Assembly: GCF_002105155.1 (NCBI RefSeq)
Contig: NW_019029004.1
Coordinates: 124,001-188,000, forward strand
Direction of reading: 5' to 3'
DNA: 64,000 nucleotides
Source: Lobosporangium transversale
Lineage: Eukaryota
Part shown: positions 1-11,484 of the stretch, one piece after another
Layout of the letters: each line of letters opens with the position of its first letter
Position numbering within the stretch: the first letter of the stretch is position 1
Program-made: the position numbers and the translations under genes
The notes under the pieces: generated by a model
The model's database searches: none
What the model saw: the letters and a program-made list of their open reading frames with translations, nothing else
What the model was told of the DNA's origin: nothing

Positions 1-526
1 AGCTCAATGGATGGAGGCCAATTGTCTCAACCAATGGATCCCTGGATCCTTTGTTGCTCCTAAAACTCGTGCTCATATCAAGCATACTATCTCTCTTGGT
101 AATGCCTACTTCATCATCAAGACTGAGTCCGATCCACTTAACGCTGACACTTCAGATGGGACAGTCCCTGAGAGTGCAGCCGAAAAAGAAACTATTATCG
201 GCACATTTACTTTGAATTATACAGATCCGTTTGATGAGATGCTCTGGAAGGACATTGTAGATGATTGGTCAGATGCTGTTTATATTCATCGTCTTGTGGT
301 CGAACGAGAGTACAAGGGCTATGGTTTGGGCCCAAGAGCCTTAATGTTTGCAGAACAAGAAGGTCTGAAGCGAGGCAAACATTATCTTCGGTTGGATTGT
401 ATGGCGGATAACAAGCTTCTAAAGAAATATTACCGCGAAAAAGCAATGTTCAAAGAGTTTGAAGATTATCCAGGAGAGAGACTCTTTGGCCGATTTGAGA
501 GACCTATCACTGCAGTATCACCTTAA
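1..526 (+). CDS. GNAT-family N-acetyltransferase, bacterial-like; 5' end probably upstream of the window
   Basis: Frame is open from the window edge (AQWMEANCLNQW). GNAT motif A YIHRLVVEREYKGYGLG and motif B LRLDCMADNKLLKKYY. No intron in the visible part. Confidence 0.85.
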   Translation, partial: AQWMEANCLNQWIPGSFVAPKTRAHIKHTISLGNAYFIIKTESDPLNADTSDGTVPESAAEKETIIGTFTLNYTDPFDEMLWKDIVDDWSDAVYIHRLVVEREYKGYGLGPRALMFAEQEGLKRGKHYLRLDCMADNKLLKKYYREKAMFKEFEDYPGERLFGRFERPITAVSP

Positions 527-929
527 ACCGTTACGTTCGGACTAGATCGCCCTTGTAGATCCTGGAGTATTAAAATATGATCACCATTTCCATTGTAAAC
601 CTCTCTCTTTCTTCTTTATTTATCATGTTCTTGTTAATTATCCTTCAAATCTACCAACTTTAATAAATAAGTTAGCATTGACCATTAACCAAAAAAAATA
701 AAAAATAAAAAATAAGTAAATAAATAAAAAGTCAGCTCATTCGGATAATGTTACAAGGACAATGGCAATAAGACGAAAAGACATTTCACGTAATGTAATG
801 TCCTATGTGGCCCAATAAACAGTTCATTTATCAGTGGTTGCTTTGCTCATGTCTTTCTTCGGCCGATTTTGGTTTTTATTGCAGAATATTATGGCTATCA
901 TGCAACAAAAGCAGATAATTCTCTGCTTA

Positions 930-962
<33 letters not shown>

Positions 963-2059
963 CCTTCCGAGTCTCCGTCGTCTAGGAAGCAGGCCTGGGA
1001 CTATCACGTTGAGTATCAATTGCTTCTTCTTTTTAATGTGTGCACTTACATTATTGCCAAAAGGGTTGATGTAGTAGGGACTTGTCTTCTCTTTGGATTG
1101 TGAAGCCAGGAGGAACTTTCAAGAGATCAGATTCATAATAATGAACAATAGCCTTTTTTATACAAAAAGGGAACAAAGAACTAGAGACCACCAAGACCAA
1201 CAGCTCCTTCCATACTTGCACAATTATCTGAGGAAGGTAGTGTAGTCAATGGGGGATATTTGGCTCATCTTCGTTCATCTCCTTCCCCATGCAAATAATA
1301 TTTGCCATTCATTATTCGTTCCTCCCTCATTGGCCTTTAGTCCGATATTTTGTTCATCCAGTCCTGGACATATAAAGCGAACTCACCAAAATATAGTTCA
1401 CTGTTTTCTATGACTAGCAACGGATCTTGTTATAAGAAATACCCTTGCTCTCACTGAAGTGTATAGATCGCAAGTGAAAGAAATTAAGCTACAATAACTA
1501 TTCTTATCACTTATGCTTCGCTACGAAATGTCCTCTTTTTCATCAATGGTTCCGAGACTCTCTGGTATTTAGTAAGACGAGCGTTTGTACAGTACCCGAC
1601 AGCAATATTTTCATGAAGCTATTCCTTGGTGTTGTCCCGCACTCAACAGTCTAAGAAGACGACTACTCGTCAACAACAAGTTACTATAATGTGTCAAACA
1701 TTACTTCAGCCTTCTGTGAGTTTGTTCACTCATCTATACCTCTGGATCATTCGGATGATACTTGGAAGCATAACAGAAAAGCCGGAAAAAAAAAAAGAAA
1801 AAAAGTAGAGATTACATTCACCTCCATATATTGAATACAGATACTTCAACATTCAACATTACATGCTTAGACTGTTTGAATTTTTAATTTGCAAAGTCCC
1901 CTTGCTTTTTATCGATTTTATTAAATCAGCAATCGACAGTATCTACGCTTCAAGATTTGCTCCGCGTCTTCGAATTTCATCACCATACGTTAAAACCGCA
2001 CTATAATGAACTGTCTCGACTACATCGAAGCGCCAACAAAAGCCCTTATTGAATAATTG

Positions 2060-2316
2060 AGGTAGAAAGGAAAAGACAAAGAAAAAAAAAGAAAAAGAAA
2101 AAAAAGAAAGAAGGGAAAGAGAGAAAGAGAGAAAGAGGAAGAGAGAGAAAGAAAGAAAGAAAGAGAAAGAAAGAAAGGAAAAAAAAAAAAAAAAGGGGGG
2201 GGGGGGGGGAAAAAAAAAGAAGAAGAAGAGGAAGAAAGAAAGAAGAAGAAAGAGAAAGATAGAAAGAAAGGAGAAGAAAGAAAAAGAGAGAAAGAAAGAA
2301 AACGAGAAAAGAAAGA
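2060..2316. repeat. ~255 bp almost pure polypurine (GA/GAA/GAAA) tract containing a long G run
   Basis: The + strand is nearly all A/G, with a G homopolymer at about 2194-2209. Confidence 0.9.
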
Positions 2317-3075
2317 CCTGTTCTTTCGAACAAGATAAAGCAAGGGGACCTAATCTCAACTGATCGTAGCAACAACACTACATACTCTACAGCCTACAAT
2401 AACCCGGAACAAACAGGCATTGCTATTTTTTTTTTTTTTTTGGTAACCACGAAAGGTTTGGAAAGGGTGCAATGTCACCCATGTAAGCCCTTTGTAACCC
2501 GGTCGGATTGGCTATCAAGACTCCTCCCAATCCTGCCCGAAACGCAAAAGGGCCAAAAATCGACGTATCCTTGCTCCATCCATTGCTAGTAGATGTTTGA
2601 AAATAATAAGAATAATAGTGCATAAGCCAAACATGAAGTCAAACCATGGCATTTTTTTAATAGACACCCATCGAGACATTCATACTCACATTATCATGGC
2701 ATCAAGGTGGGCTGGAGGAAGAGGCATCATTCCTCGACGTCGATGGGCAACTCATCGTCCTCGATTGACGCTGTGACATGCCCGAGTGCGGACTGATTAC
2801 ATCCTCATCGGTGGATGTAACCGCCTGTCCTTGCGCTTGTGGAAGTCCTGAGGCCGTCAATGGATTTCGTTGCCAAAGTTTTGTCAGAAAATGCATTCGG
2901 GGTTTTTTTTATACCCCCCCTCCATTCGCAACGAAGCAAGTCATGGTGGCAATGTTTACATACTACGCCAATTGACCCCTTGATTGGTCAGGCGTAAAAA
3001 TTTAATATTATTATTTATTACAGATTTATATCAGGTATTTGTTTGCACATGTATTAATTATTAACGGTATTCGAC

Positions 3076-4795
3076 TCATGTGGAAGAAGTGGCTTCGTGA
3101 TATGTGGGCGGCATTGTTGCAAGCTCTATGTCAGATCGCTCTAATGATGATGGCATTGTGCCTTGTGCATTATAGCTAGGAGGCATATCGCAAGCATCCT
3201 CCCCATGGAGTGTACGATGGACCCCGACTGGATGTGACAACGCTGTTGATGGTGGACTTTGTCCTTGTTCCTCTCTTGAACCTGTGCCTCGACGTTTTCT
3301 TCGATAAATTTTTTTGGCCATCACTCCAAGTAAGAGCAAAACCACAGCACCACATGTGAGCGAGATGATCAGGGCGAGTTGATGAGCGTCTGGTTTCTTC
3401 CCTTCAAATGACTGGGGCACCAAACGAACGTATTCATCGTCTGTGTATACGTCTTTAAATTGTTCTAGATGATAACCCCAGTTACTATCGGAAAGGTTCA
3501 AGGCGTATCCTTGATCCTTAAATGAATACATATAGATCCATGATGCTCTCTTGGCTGCCGTAGTTGTCGAGTTGTTGTTTGGTCTACTCTCTTGTGATTT
3601 CTGTGGGACAGGGATAAATTGAAACATGGGTTTAAAATTAGGCAAATGCCCTCCTAGAAACGGTATGCTCCCCAGGTACTGCATAGATGTCCCATCGAAG
3701 ATATATATCCTGAGTAAGGTAGACAGTAAGTCCTTGAGGTAATGAGGGTAGAAGTCAGTAACGAAGAAATACCATGGAATGGAAAAAAAAAAAAAAAAAA
3801 AAAAAACGGAACGCAATTCATTTTTAGACGTCAGTTTCTTTTTCTTTTTTTTTTTTTCTTTTTTTTCTTACTTCACAAATAAAGTAGAATGAGCCCTGAT
3901 ATGCATGCATTGTTGTCCCAAGGTCTGTGATTGCACACTCTTGACCGATATTGGTTTTAATGATCTGAGCTGGTGGTGGATCTGGAAAGATGTTGACGGG
4001 ATCAAGAGGCATAGCTGCTAATGTAACCTGGCGATCCTCAATGCTATAAAAGGTCGCGTAAAGGGTGTTGTTAACATAGCTGACTGCTATTGGATCTCCA
4101 ATATTTAATGGGCGCTAAAACAGGAAAAAAAAAAAAAAAAAAAAAAACATGTTAGGTTTTACCAAAGTACTAGAAGGAATAGATCATTGAACAGATACAT
4201 GTATGTTGTTATTTTTTACCATCGACCAATTGACCTGTGATTTGAACGGGAAGCGTGCCTTCATGTAATATGTGAAAACGATCGTGCCGAGGGTACCATT
4301 AGGACGAATTTTAAGCCAATCGAGGTTCCAAGCACTTGGACTTTCATGTTGAATTGGAAGTATCAAACTACGGCCTTGAAAAAGCTCATCTTGGGGGACA
4401 AGTAGCCGTTGCTCAGGCACGGCAAAGTCCGCAAACCCAGTAGAATCGAGGTATAATTCAGTATTGAACTGATATATAGGGGTGTCATTCGTCAAGACAG
4501 TTTGAGCAGACAACAAGAACTTGTAGCTCCAAGGGTTTAAGGAACATGTATAACGAAACTTGAAGCTGAGCTCATAAAGAGCTTCTGAAAGGTAGCTTTT
4601 GGTCTTGCTGATTACAGTCCAGTTCAGACCTTCTAAAGAAGTTGGATATGGATTTGACCGAAGGATTAGGAGGTCTATATTTTGCTGTGTCTGAATCTGG
4701 CCATTGGCCCGAGGCGCATAGAGATTCCGCCCGAAGGTCGCTGCGTATATGTGTGCTTCATCTGAAGTAAAGCATACAGGTGCAAGTTGAACCAT
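3076..4795 (-). CDS. Single-pass membrane protein: large N-terminal region, C-terminal TM helix, cytoplasmic PPxY motifs; 3 exons (~4795-4220, 4114-3871, 3732-3076)
   Basis: Three ORF segments join in frame across GT-AG introns. TM segment LALIISLTCGAVVLLLLGVMA is followed by KKIYRRKRR, then PPSY and PPTY. Confidence 0.7.
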
Positions 4796-4902
4796 CTGGA
4801 TGGAGGAATGAGAAGGTAAAGAAAAAGAAGTTAAATAATAAAAGGCAGAGGCATATCAACTTTTTTAAAAAAAACCTCCCAAAAAGAAAAGTCGATGAAT
4901 AC

Positions 4903-4936
<34 letters not shown>

Positions 4937-6190
4937 CAGCCCACATTGGGCTCACAGAGACACAGAGTGTGTTTGTGGAAAGTAAAGCAAATGGTGATCA
5001 ACAGACATGTAAATCTCGATAAAGTGCTGCTATTACTATTAAAATTTGAACTCGAAAAAAAAAAAATCCATGTCGATCATTTCTATCAGACTCGTAGAAA
5101 AAGTTGTTGTAGATAGAGTGGATGGCATAGTGGCAATAAAGACGCACAACCAAGGAAACGAAAAAGCACTTCCTTACATCAATTTCTGTGTTCTCGTCCA
5201 AATTTAGTATAAGAGACCCTTAGTGTAGTAGATCAGATTGTTGCTGTCTTCCATGCCTAGAGTAAATCGGAAAAGGGAAAATAGTGATAGCGATGTGAAC
5301 TAACGCAGCCCTCACTGAACATTGGAAATCTTGTTTTTTAAGCTTATAAGCCTTTTATAATCAAAAAAATGCTGTACATGAGCAATATCATGGATGCTAT
5401 TCTCATTGATTATTTCCACCCCCTTTTATCTATTCATCTCATCAAAAAAAAAAAAAAAAAAAAAAAAAAAGGAAGCACAATCGCAATATGCTCGCTCGAG
5501 TGTCACTAAGCTGTGCCTTTCACAGCAGTAGCCTAATATAAAATGATTGGCCAATATTAAGTTTGATTGTATGTGTCAGCACCTTGTTAACGCAGAGAGC
5601 ATCGCATTGACAAAACGTTTTCTCTGCCAGAGCAATTAAGTGTAGCGACAAATATGTCCATATCTTTTGCTTATAGATATTGAACTGCGACCAATTGAAG
5701 CTAAATATCAGAGATGGGAGCGGAATCTCAATGGGGTTCTCCACTCATCGAGAACGGGACGTTCCTTTTAATTTATCCAGATATTTAAACTCACAGCCAA
5801 TTTATTTACTAAAGAAGATAATGCACCACACAGCATCGTTTATTATTTATTTTTTATTGTGGCTAAGCCATCTCATCAGCTCAGGGATCATTGTTTTGAC
5901 AATAGATAAAGATATTTATACTGTATACGAAAAGAGGTTATTAAAGTCTAATTAATGACCCAAGCAAACATCGAAGTTTCCTTCACATTGCAATTAACAC
6001 AAAGGATATATAATTTCACACGCAACATCTGACCAAGCATTTTATTATGATAAATTGAAAATATGTGAAGAGAATATGAATGCGATAGTAAATACAAATG
6101 GATTAAAATGAAGAAAAAAAATAATATGCAAGGAATATAAAAATGGTGGGACATGTACAGGCTTGTGCTTTTTTTTTTTTTTTTTTTTTT

Positions 6191-7798
6191 TTAAGCCCAA
6201 AGTGCTAAAATTGCCATTGCACTGGCACCCAACCAGACAGCAAGTAGGTAACAAGCCTTGTTGTGCTTAGATTCGGCACGGAACTTTTCAGAGTAGAGGA
6301 TATCGCCTCCTAAGAGTGTCACAAAGGCGGTGTATAACAGGACACCACATGCGATCGAGTCAAAGACACCCATCACGATCAGATTATCGACACTGCTGGC
6401 TTTGTAACCAGAGTGAATGCCCATTCCGATAGCTATACCCAGAGGAGTCACAAGTGCAAACGCCAAGACCAAAAGCCCGGGGATCAACTTTTTATGGAAG
6501 GAGAGTTCAGCAATACGAGAGCCAAGGGCGATACCCTCAAAAAACTGATGAAAACAAATAGCGATTGTCATGGCCCAGAATTCGGATCCAGCAAGGACAC
6601 CAAGAGCAATACCAATAAAGACTGAGTGGAGAGCAATGCCGAGTTCAAGCATATAAGTCGAGACCTTAGTGGAGACACCAGGACCACATTGCAGAAGAGT
6701 TAATCCATGGGAATGTGTGCAATGTTCATCAGCTCTGTTAACGCTGGTTGTAAGGGTATTATGATCATCATGTGTATGGTGTCCAGCATCGGCAGCCTTG
6801 TGGTCATGTGACTCATGTCCAGACTCCAGAGCTGAGTCCGACCCAGTTGTCTTGCTATGGGCTTCAACGCCAATGGTCAGTGTGGATGCCAGGAATTCAA
6901 TGACGAGCATGGAAAGACCAGAGATCATCATGATCAAGGGAGCATAGCCTGGATAATCCTCATTCCATGCCTTGGAAAGACAAGGATGAGTCAAAGCAAA
7001 GAGAGCCTCGGGCATGATGTGAATGAATGCGACTGAGAGAACCACACCAGCACCAAAGTACTTGCCAACTTGGACTGCAAAGCGGGTCCGTGCATTATCA
7101 CGAAGCATCATGGGAATAACACATCCCGAACCAGCGACGACGATGAGAACAATGAGGGCAACAATATGGTGCCAAATAACATATTCGCCATGGTCATGAT
7201 CGTGGGGATCACACGTGCTATTGTGATTAAATGATTAGAAAATGCGATGAAATTGATTAGAATGTCTTATGCAATCGATAAAAAAAAAAAAAAAAAAAAA
7301 AAAAAATCAAGAGCATCAAAGCGCAAATCTTGAGAAGGTAGGGAAGGCAATGTGCTAATAAACTTACCGAGCTGGTCCGTGAGAGTGTCCGGCTTCGTCC
7401 TTGTGATCTGCCAATTCGTCTGATGAGTGGTCATGATCATGATCATCATGGCTGTGGTCGTGGTCATGATCATCACCATGAGTTGGGGCAGCAGTAGGTG
7501 CAACGATAGCACCGGAAGATGTGGGATGATCGTGATCGTGGTCATGGTCACCATGGGGAGGTGTTGTGGCTATGGGCCCCTCCACAACAGTAGTGGTGGG
7601 GTGATCATGATCGTGATCGTGGTCATCACCAGCTCTTTTTTTCAGGAGATTTGCATCCACAGCGAATGCATCAAAAGAGTGTGCGGTATTATGAGAGATA
7701 ACAATACTATTGTCTGCAGATGATGTGATGGGGTTGTTGGCAAGGAATAAGAGTGCAGCACCAATAACTGTGGCCTTGCAGGAGAGTGAAAGTCTCAT
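6191..7798 (-). CDS. ZIP (Zrt/Irt-like) zinc/iron transporter with signal peptide and His/Asp-rich ectodomain; exons 7798-7368 and 7217-6191 (~485 aa)
   Basis: ZIP signatures FGAGVVLSVAFIHIMPEA, LELGIALHSVFIGIALG and CFHQFFEGIALG. Intron GTAAGT...AATAG joins GPAR to TCDPHDHDHGEY in frame. Confidence 0.93.
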
Positions 7799-8904
7799 TA
7801 TGTGGTATCAAATGTTGAAGAGAGGAGTTTAGTGAATGGAAGAGAGGGAGATGAGCGGGGGGGGGGGGTGAAGGAGGATCTATCTGTTCCCAAGAGGATG
7901 AAGCAGTGCAAAGATCAAGCTACTGCAGGACGAAGTATGGAGAAGATTGGGCAGACAAAAAGGAGCGCAATTAGGGAGATGAAAAAAGGGTACCCCCCTG
8001 GACATTATACGAGGTATTTATGTGTTTTTTTTTTTCTTGTTGTTTTGTTTTCAATAGGAGGGGGAAAACGTGTGAACAAACGGAGATTGAGCGATGACCA
8101 TTAGGGTACACGCAATCGTTTCAGAGTACCTCCCTGGCTATCAAAATTTTCCTTGATCCACTTTTCACAACAAATTTTCTGAACTCCTTTTCCACAATCC
8201 ACAAACAATCCACAAACAATCCTGCAATTCAATTCAATTTCTTACAAATAAAAGAGTTTCATATACAACTAAGTAAGCTAAATAGATATATATGTACTTT
8301 TCATTCATTCATTCATTCATTCATTCATTGTCTACAAACTACAAATTTTTTACACACGCTCATCACAAAACAATATATCCAATTATATATATATAAATGT
8401 ATATAAATGTATATAATATACACATCTTCATTATTTACTCAATTCAAACAAAGTAGGATGAGAAAAACAGGACAACATCGATGCATGTTCATATAAGCAT
8501 AAATAAGCATCTCTTTTTTCTTTTTTCTTTTCCTTCTTTCTATTCATCAATCAGTCAACTAATCAAACTTGTTCAATTAGAAAGCAGTTTGTGTTTTATC
8601 CCCTCCTCAACTCCCTTTTGTTAGCATAAGGATCCAATCGTATGCGACAAGACAACATCTGGAGTATGTACATACTACATATTGTTTGGTCTCTAAAGAT
8701 CCGTCATAGAGAGCTGTCGAGTTTTACTTCCATCAAGAGAGAGCAACTTTTACTTGGATCAAGCCAGAGAGAATTAGTGATCTATTCATTGAGACATAAT
8801 TTTTTCAATATTACACAAGCATAAAGTGATAGCCAATGAAGCCTTTGCATCATTTAAACATACGCCTCGACGCATTTAGTGTGTAGGGCAAGCTGCTTTA
8901 TCAA

Positions 8905-8958
8905 AGTTGAAAGTGCCAGTTGAAAGTGGCTCTACTTTGCTCTACTTGGCTCTACTTG
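8905..8958. repeat. Short tandem repeats: AGTTGAAAGTG x2, then GCTCTACTT(T/G) x3
   Basis: Directly visible; the second unit has 10-bp periodicity. Confidence 0.8.
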
Positions 8959-9677
8959 TGAAACTGAAAAAGATCGCATCGTGCTCCTTTGGACATCTAG
9001 TTGTGTTTACATTCCGAAAAACATCCTTTGCCAAAAACCACAACAAGGGGTGGGGGTGAGCACTATCCATGTTTGGAAATCATTTTATCCCTCCTAGATG
9101 ACCTACAAAAGATTTGCTTCTCTTCGGTCGAGTCTCCAAGAAACAAGGCATGACTGCTCTTTCGACACTATTTTATTCTTAATAGGCATTTCGCTCTCAT
9201 CCTCTTCATTACTTCATTTCATTTTCATCACTCTCATTCAAACCCTTAGATGACTTTCATCAGTAGTCTGTCTTTCTAAGGGAGAGGATTCTTACTCTTG
9301 GACTCTTGCTTCTATTTTATTTTATTTTATTTTCTTTATCTTTGTGTTTCTTTATTTCTTTATTTCTTTATTTCTTTATTTATTTTATTTTTTTCTTTTA
9401 TTCAAGCCTTATACCATCCATTAAATGCACTTTCTTGTAAAGATCGCAGTCGCAGCTCTTGAAAGGGTTTTCTACGACGACGCTTGTTTCATTTGACCAT
9501 TGGACAATGCGAGGGCTTTATCATTGTTTGATCAAGAGTCACTGGACATTTGTAACTCATGTTGAGAGGTCAAAGTGGTGAGCGTAACGCAAACAGACTG
9601 AGAGCGGAGTAGCAAGATCATAGTTGAGTCCAAAGAGGTACCCTTTGTCAAACGCGTCACCTACGGTTACTAGCTTT

Positions 9678-9709
<32 letters not shown>

Positions 9710-10401
9710 CAGCAAAGAATGCTCGACTGTTGCAGTCCAAGCTTAAGGAAAATCTTTGCTTCACCAAAAGAACAGTTAGGAGCCATGCCCAAAACCACAT
9801 TACTGCGTGTTTTCTTTCGTCATTATGCATTCAAAAGAGCTGGGGTCTCTCTTCCTTGTATAAAGAAGAGCTGAGGAAGAGAAAACGAAAGAAGAGAAAA
9901 AAGGCCATTCTCCTTGAAATACTTCTACAACACCACCGACAATTTTTTTTTTAGCATTTTTGCATTTGCACGTGCATATGCTTTGTAAGAGCGTCAGAGC
10001 CAAACCCAAAGGGATGAATGCACAGACGATTTTCCCGCGCTGCAAATTGTCTACTTTGTGTGTGGGAAACAAACACCATTAATGTAACAGCACCAAGGAA
10101 CAATTTAGACAAACAATGGAGACACCACACCTCTTTATGGACACCATGATAACACCACACAGTCACGAGCAATAAAACTTTTTTTTTTTTTTTTTTTTTT
10201 TTTATCTTCCTTACTTACACGAGATGTTGGACATCAATTCTCTCTTTTTTTTTTTTTTTTGTTTCCATTCTTCCTTCATCCTCATTCTCGCTTGTCGTTT
10301 CTACTCTTTTTATTATTTTCCTTTCCTTTTCTTTCTTTCTTTCTTTCTTTCATCAACCCGAATGTATACACTTTTCATTGATCCAGTCCAGGTAAAGAGG
10401 A

Positions 10402-11410
10402 ATGAAAGTTACTCCAAAACACCAATGCTTGAATTCATTCTCGACATCTGTAAACAAATAAAAATAAAAATAAAAATTCGTGCTAACAATTTTCCTTTTA
10501 GTCTATTTTCTACTAGTACGTCTTATCTACACCCATTATGTATGAGGATCCTATTTCACACTTCACAAATGCTCAATACCAACAACACCTCACCAATTAC
10601 AACAGGAGTGGCGTTGTAAGCAGTCCCGATGGCATCATCAGCAATGCTCTCAGTGGTAATGGCCCATCCAACCATTTTTTGGGTGGTAATGACAATGGTA
10701 GCGGCAATGGCTTCGGTAATCATAGTCACAATGGTACTGGCGATAGAATAGAACAGTCAGAACCCGACCAGGAGCTGTCAAGACTTCATCAACATCAGCT
10801 CTTAATTCAGCTCCGCCTGGAAGTCAACTCACTTAAAACACAAATTCAGCAGTTGGAGCTGTTGAAACAACAATTGATTCACCAGCGACAGATGATGCAG
10901 CCTGCGGAGTATGAGCAACTCGCAGAACAATTTTCGAGAACAACAGCATCGTTACTCAGAGTTGGTCATCCAAGTCATTTCGGTGATGGTGGTAGCGGCA
11001 CTAACAGTGGGTACCAAGAATTCAGTACAGATGGCATTAGCGCATTTGGAAGAGGAAATGAAGGAGGAGCCGGCCCAGGAGAAAATTACATGGGTATGCA
11101 TATGATGGAAAGATTACAGGAAAAACTAAGAGGTATGATGATCCAACAACATCAACAGCATTACGCACAGAAGCGAAAGCAACTACAGCTACAACAACAA
11201 CAACAACAACAACAACTACAGCAGCAACAGCGGTCATCACCGCCTTCGCCAACAGGAACAAGTCATGAGATAGGGATGGATGTAGATTCAAGACGTAGTG
11301 GACACAATACGCCTACGAGAAGAGATCCCGTTAGGATGGAACAAATTAGTTTAGAAGCAGACTTGCGCGATCTTGAGAGGCGCATGCGGTCAATACAGCT
11401 ACTCCATTGA
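10402..11410 (+). CDS. Uncharacterised G/N/Q-rich coiled-coil protein; possible 16-codon first exon 10402-10449 spliced to 10517 (otherwise starts at ATG 10538)
   Basis: 290-codon ORF with poly-Q and heptad-like segments. Upstream GTAAAC donor at 10450, GCTAAC branch site, TAG acceptor at 10516 keeps frame. Confidence 0.65.
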
Positions 11411-11450
11411 TATGTTTTACAATTTAATAATAACAGTAATGATATGTCAT

Positions 11451-11484
<34 letters not shown>

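Noticed and set aside
1943..2896. Possible selenoprotein: minus-strand ORF ends CCT-TGA-TGC just before a GTGAGT donor, with exon-like islands downstream
   Set aside because: No recognisable selenoprotein family or SECIS, and the downstream islands do not assemble into a convincing frame.
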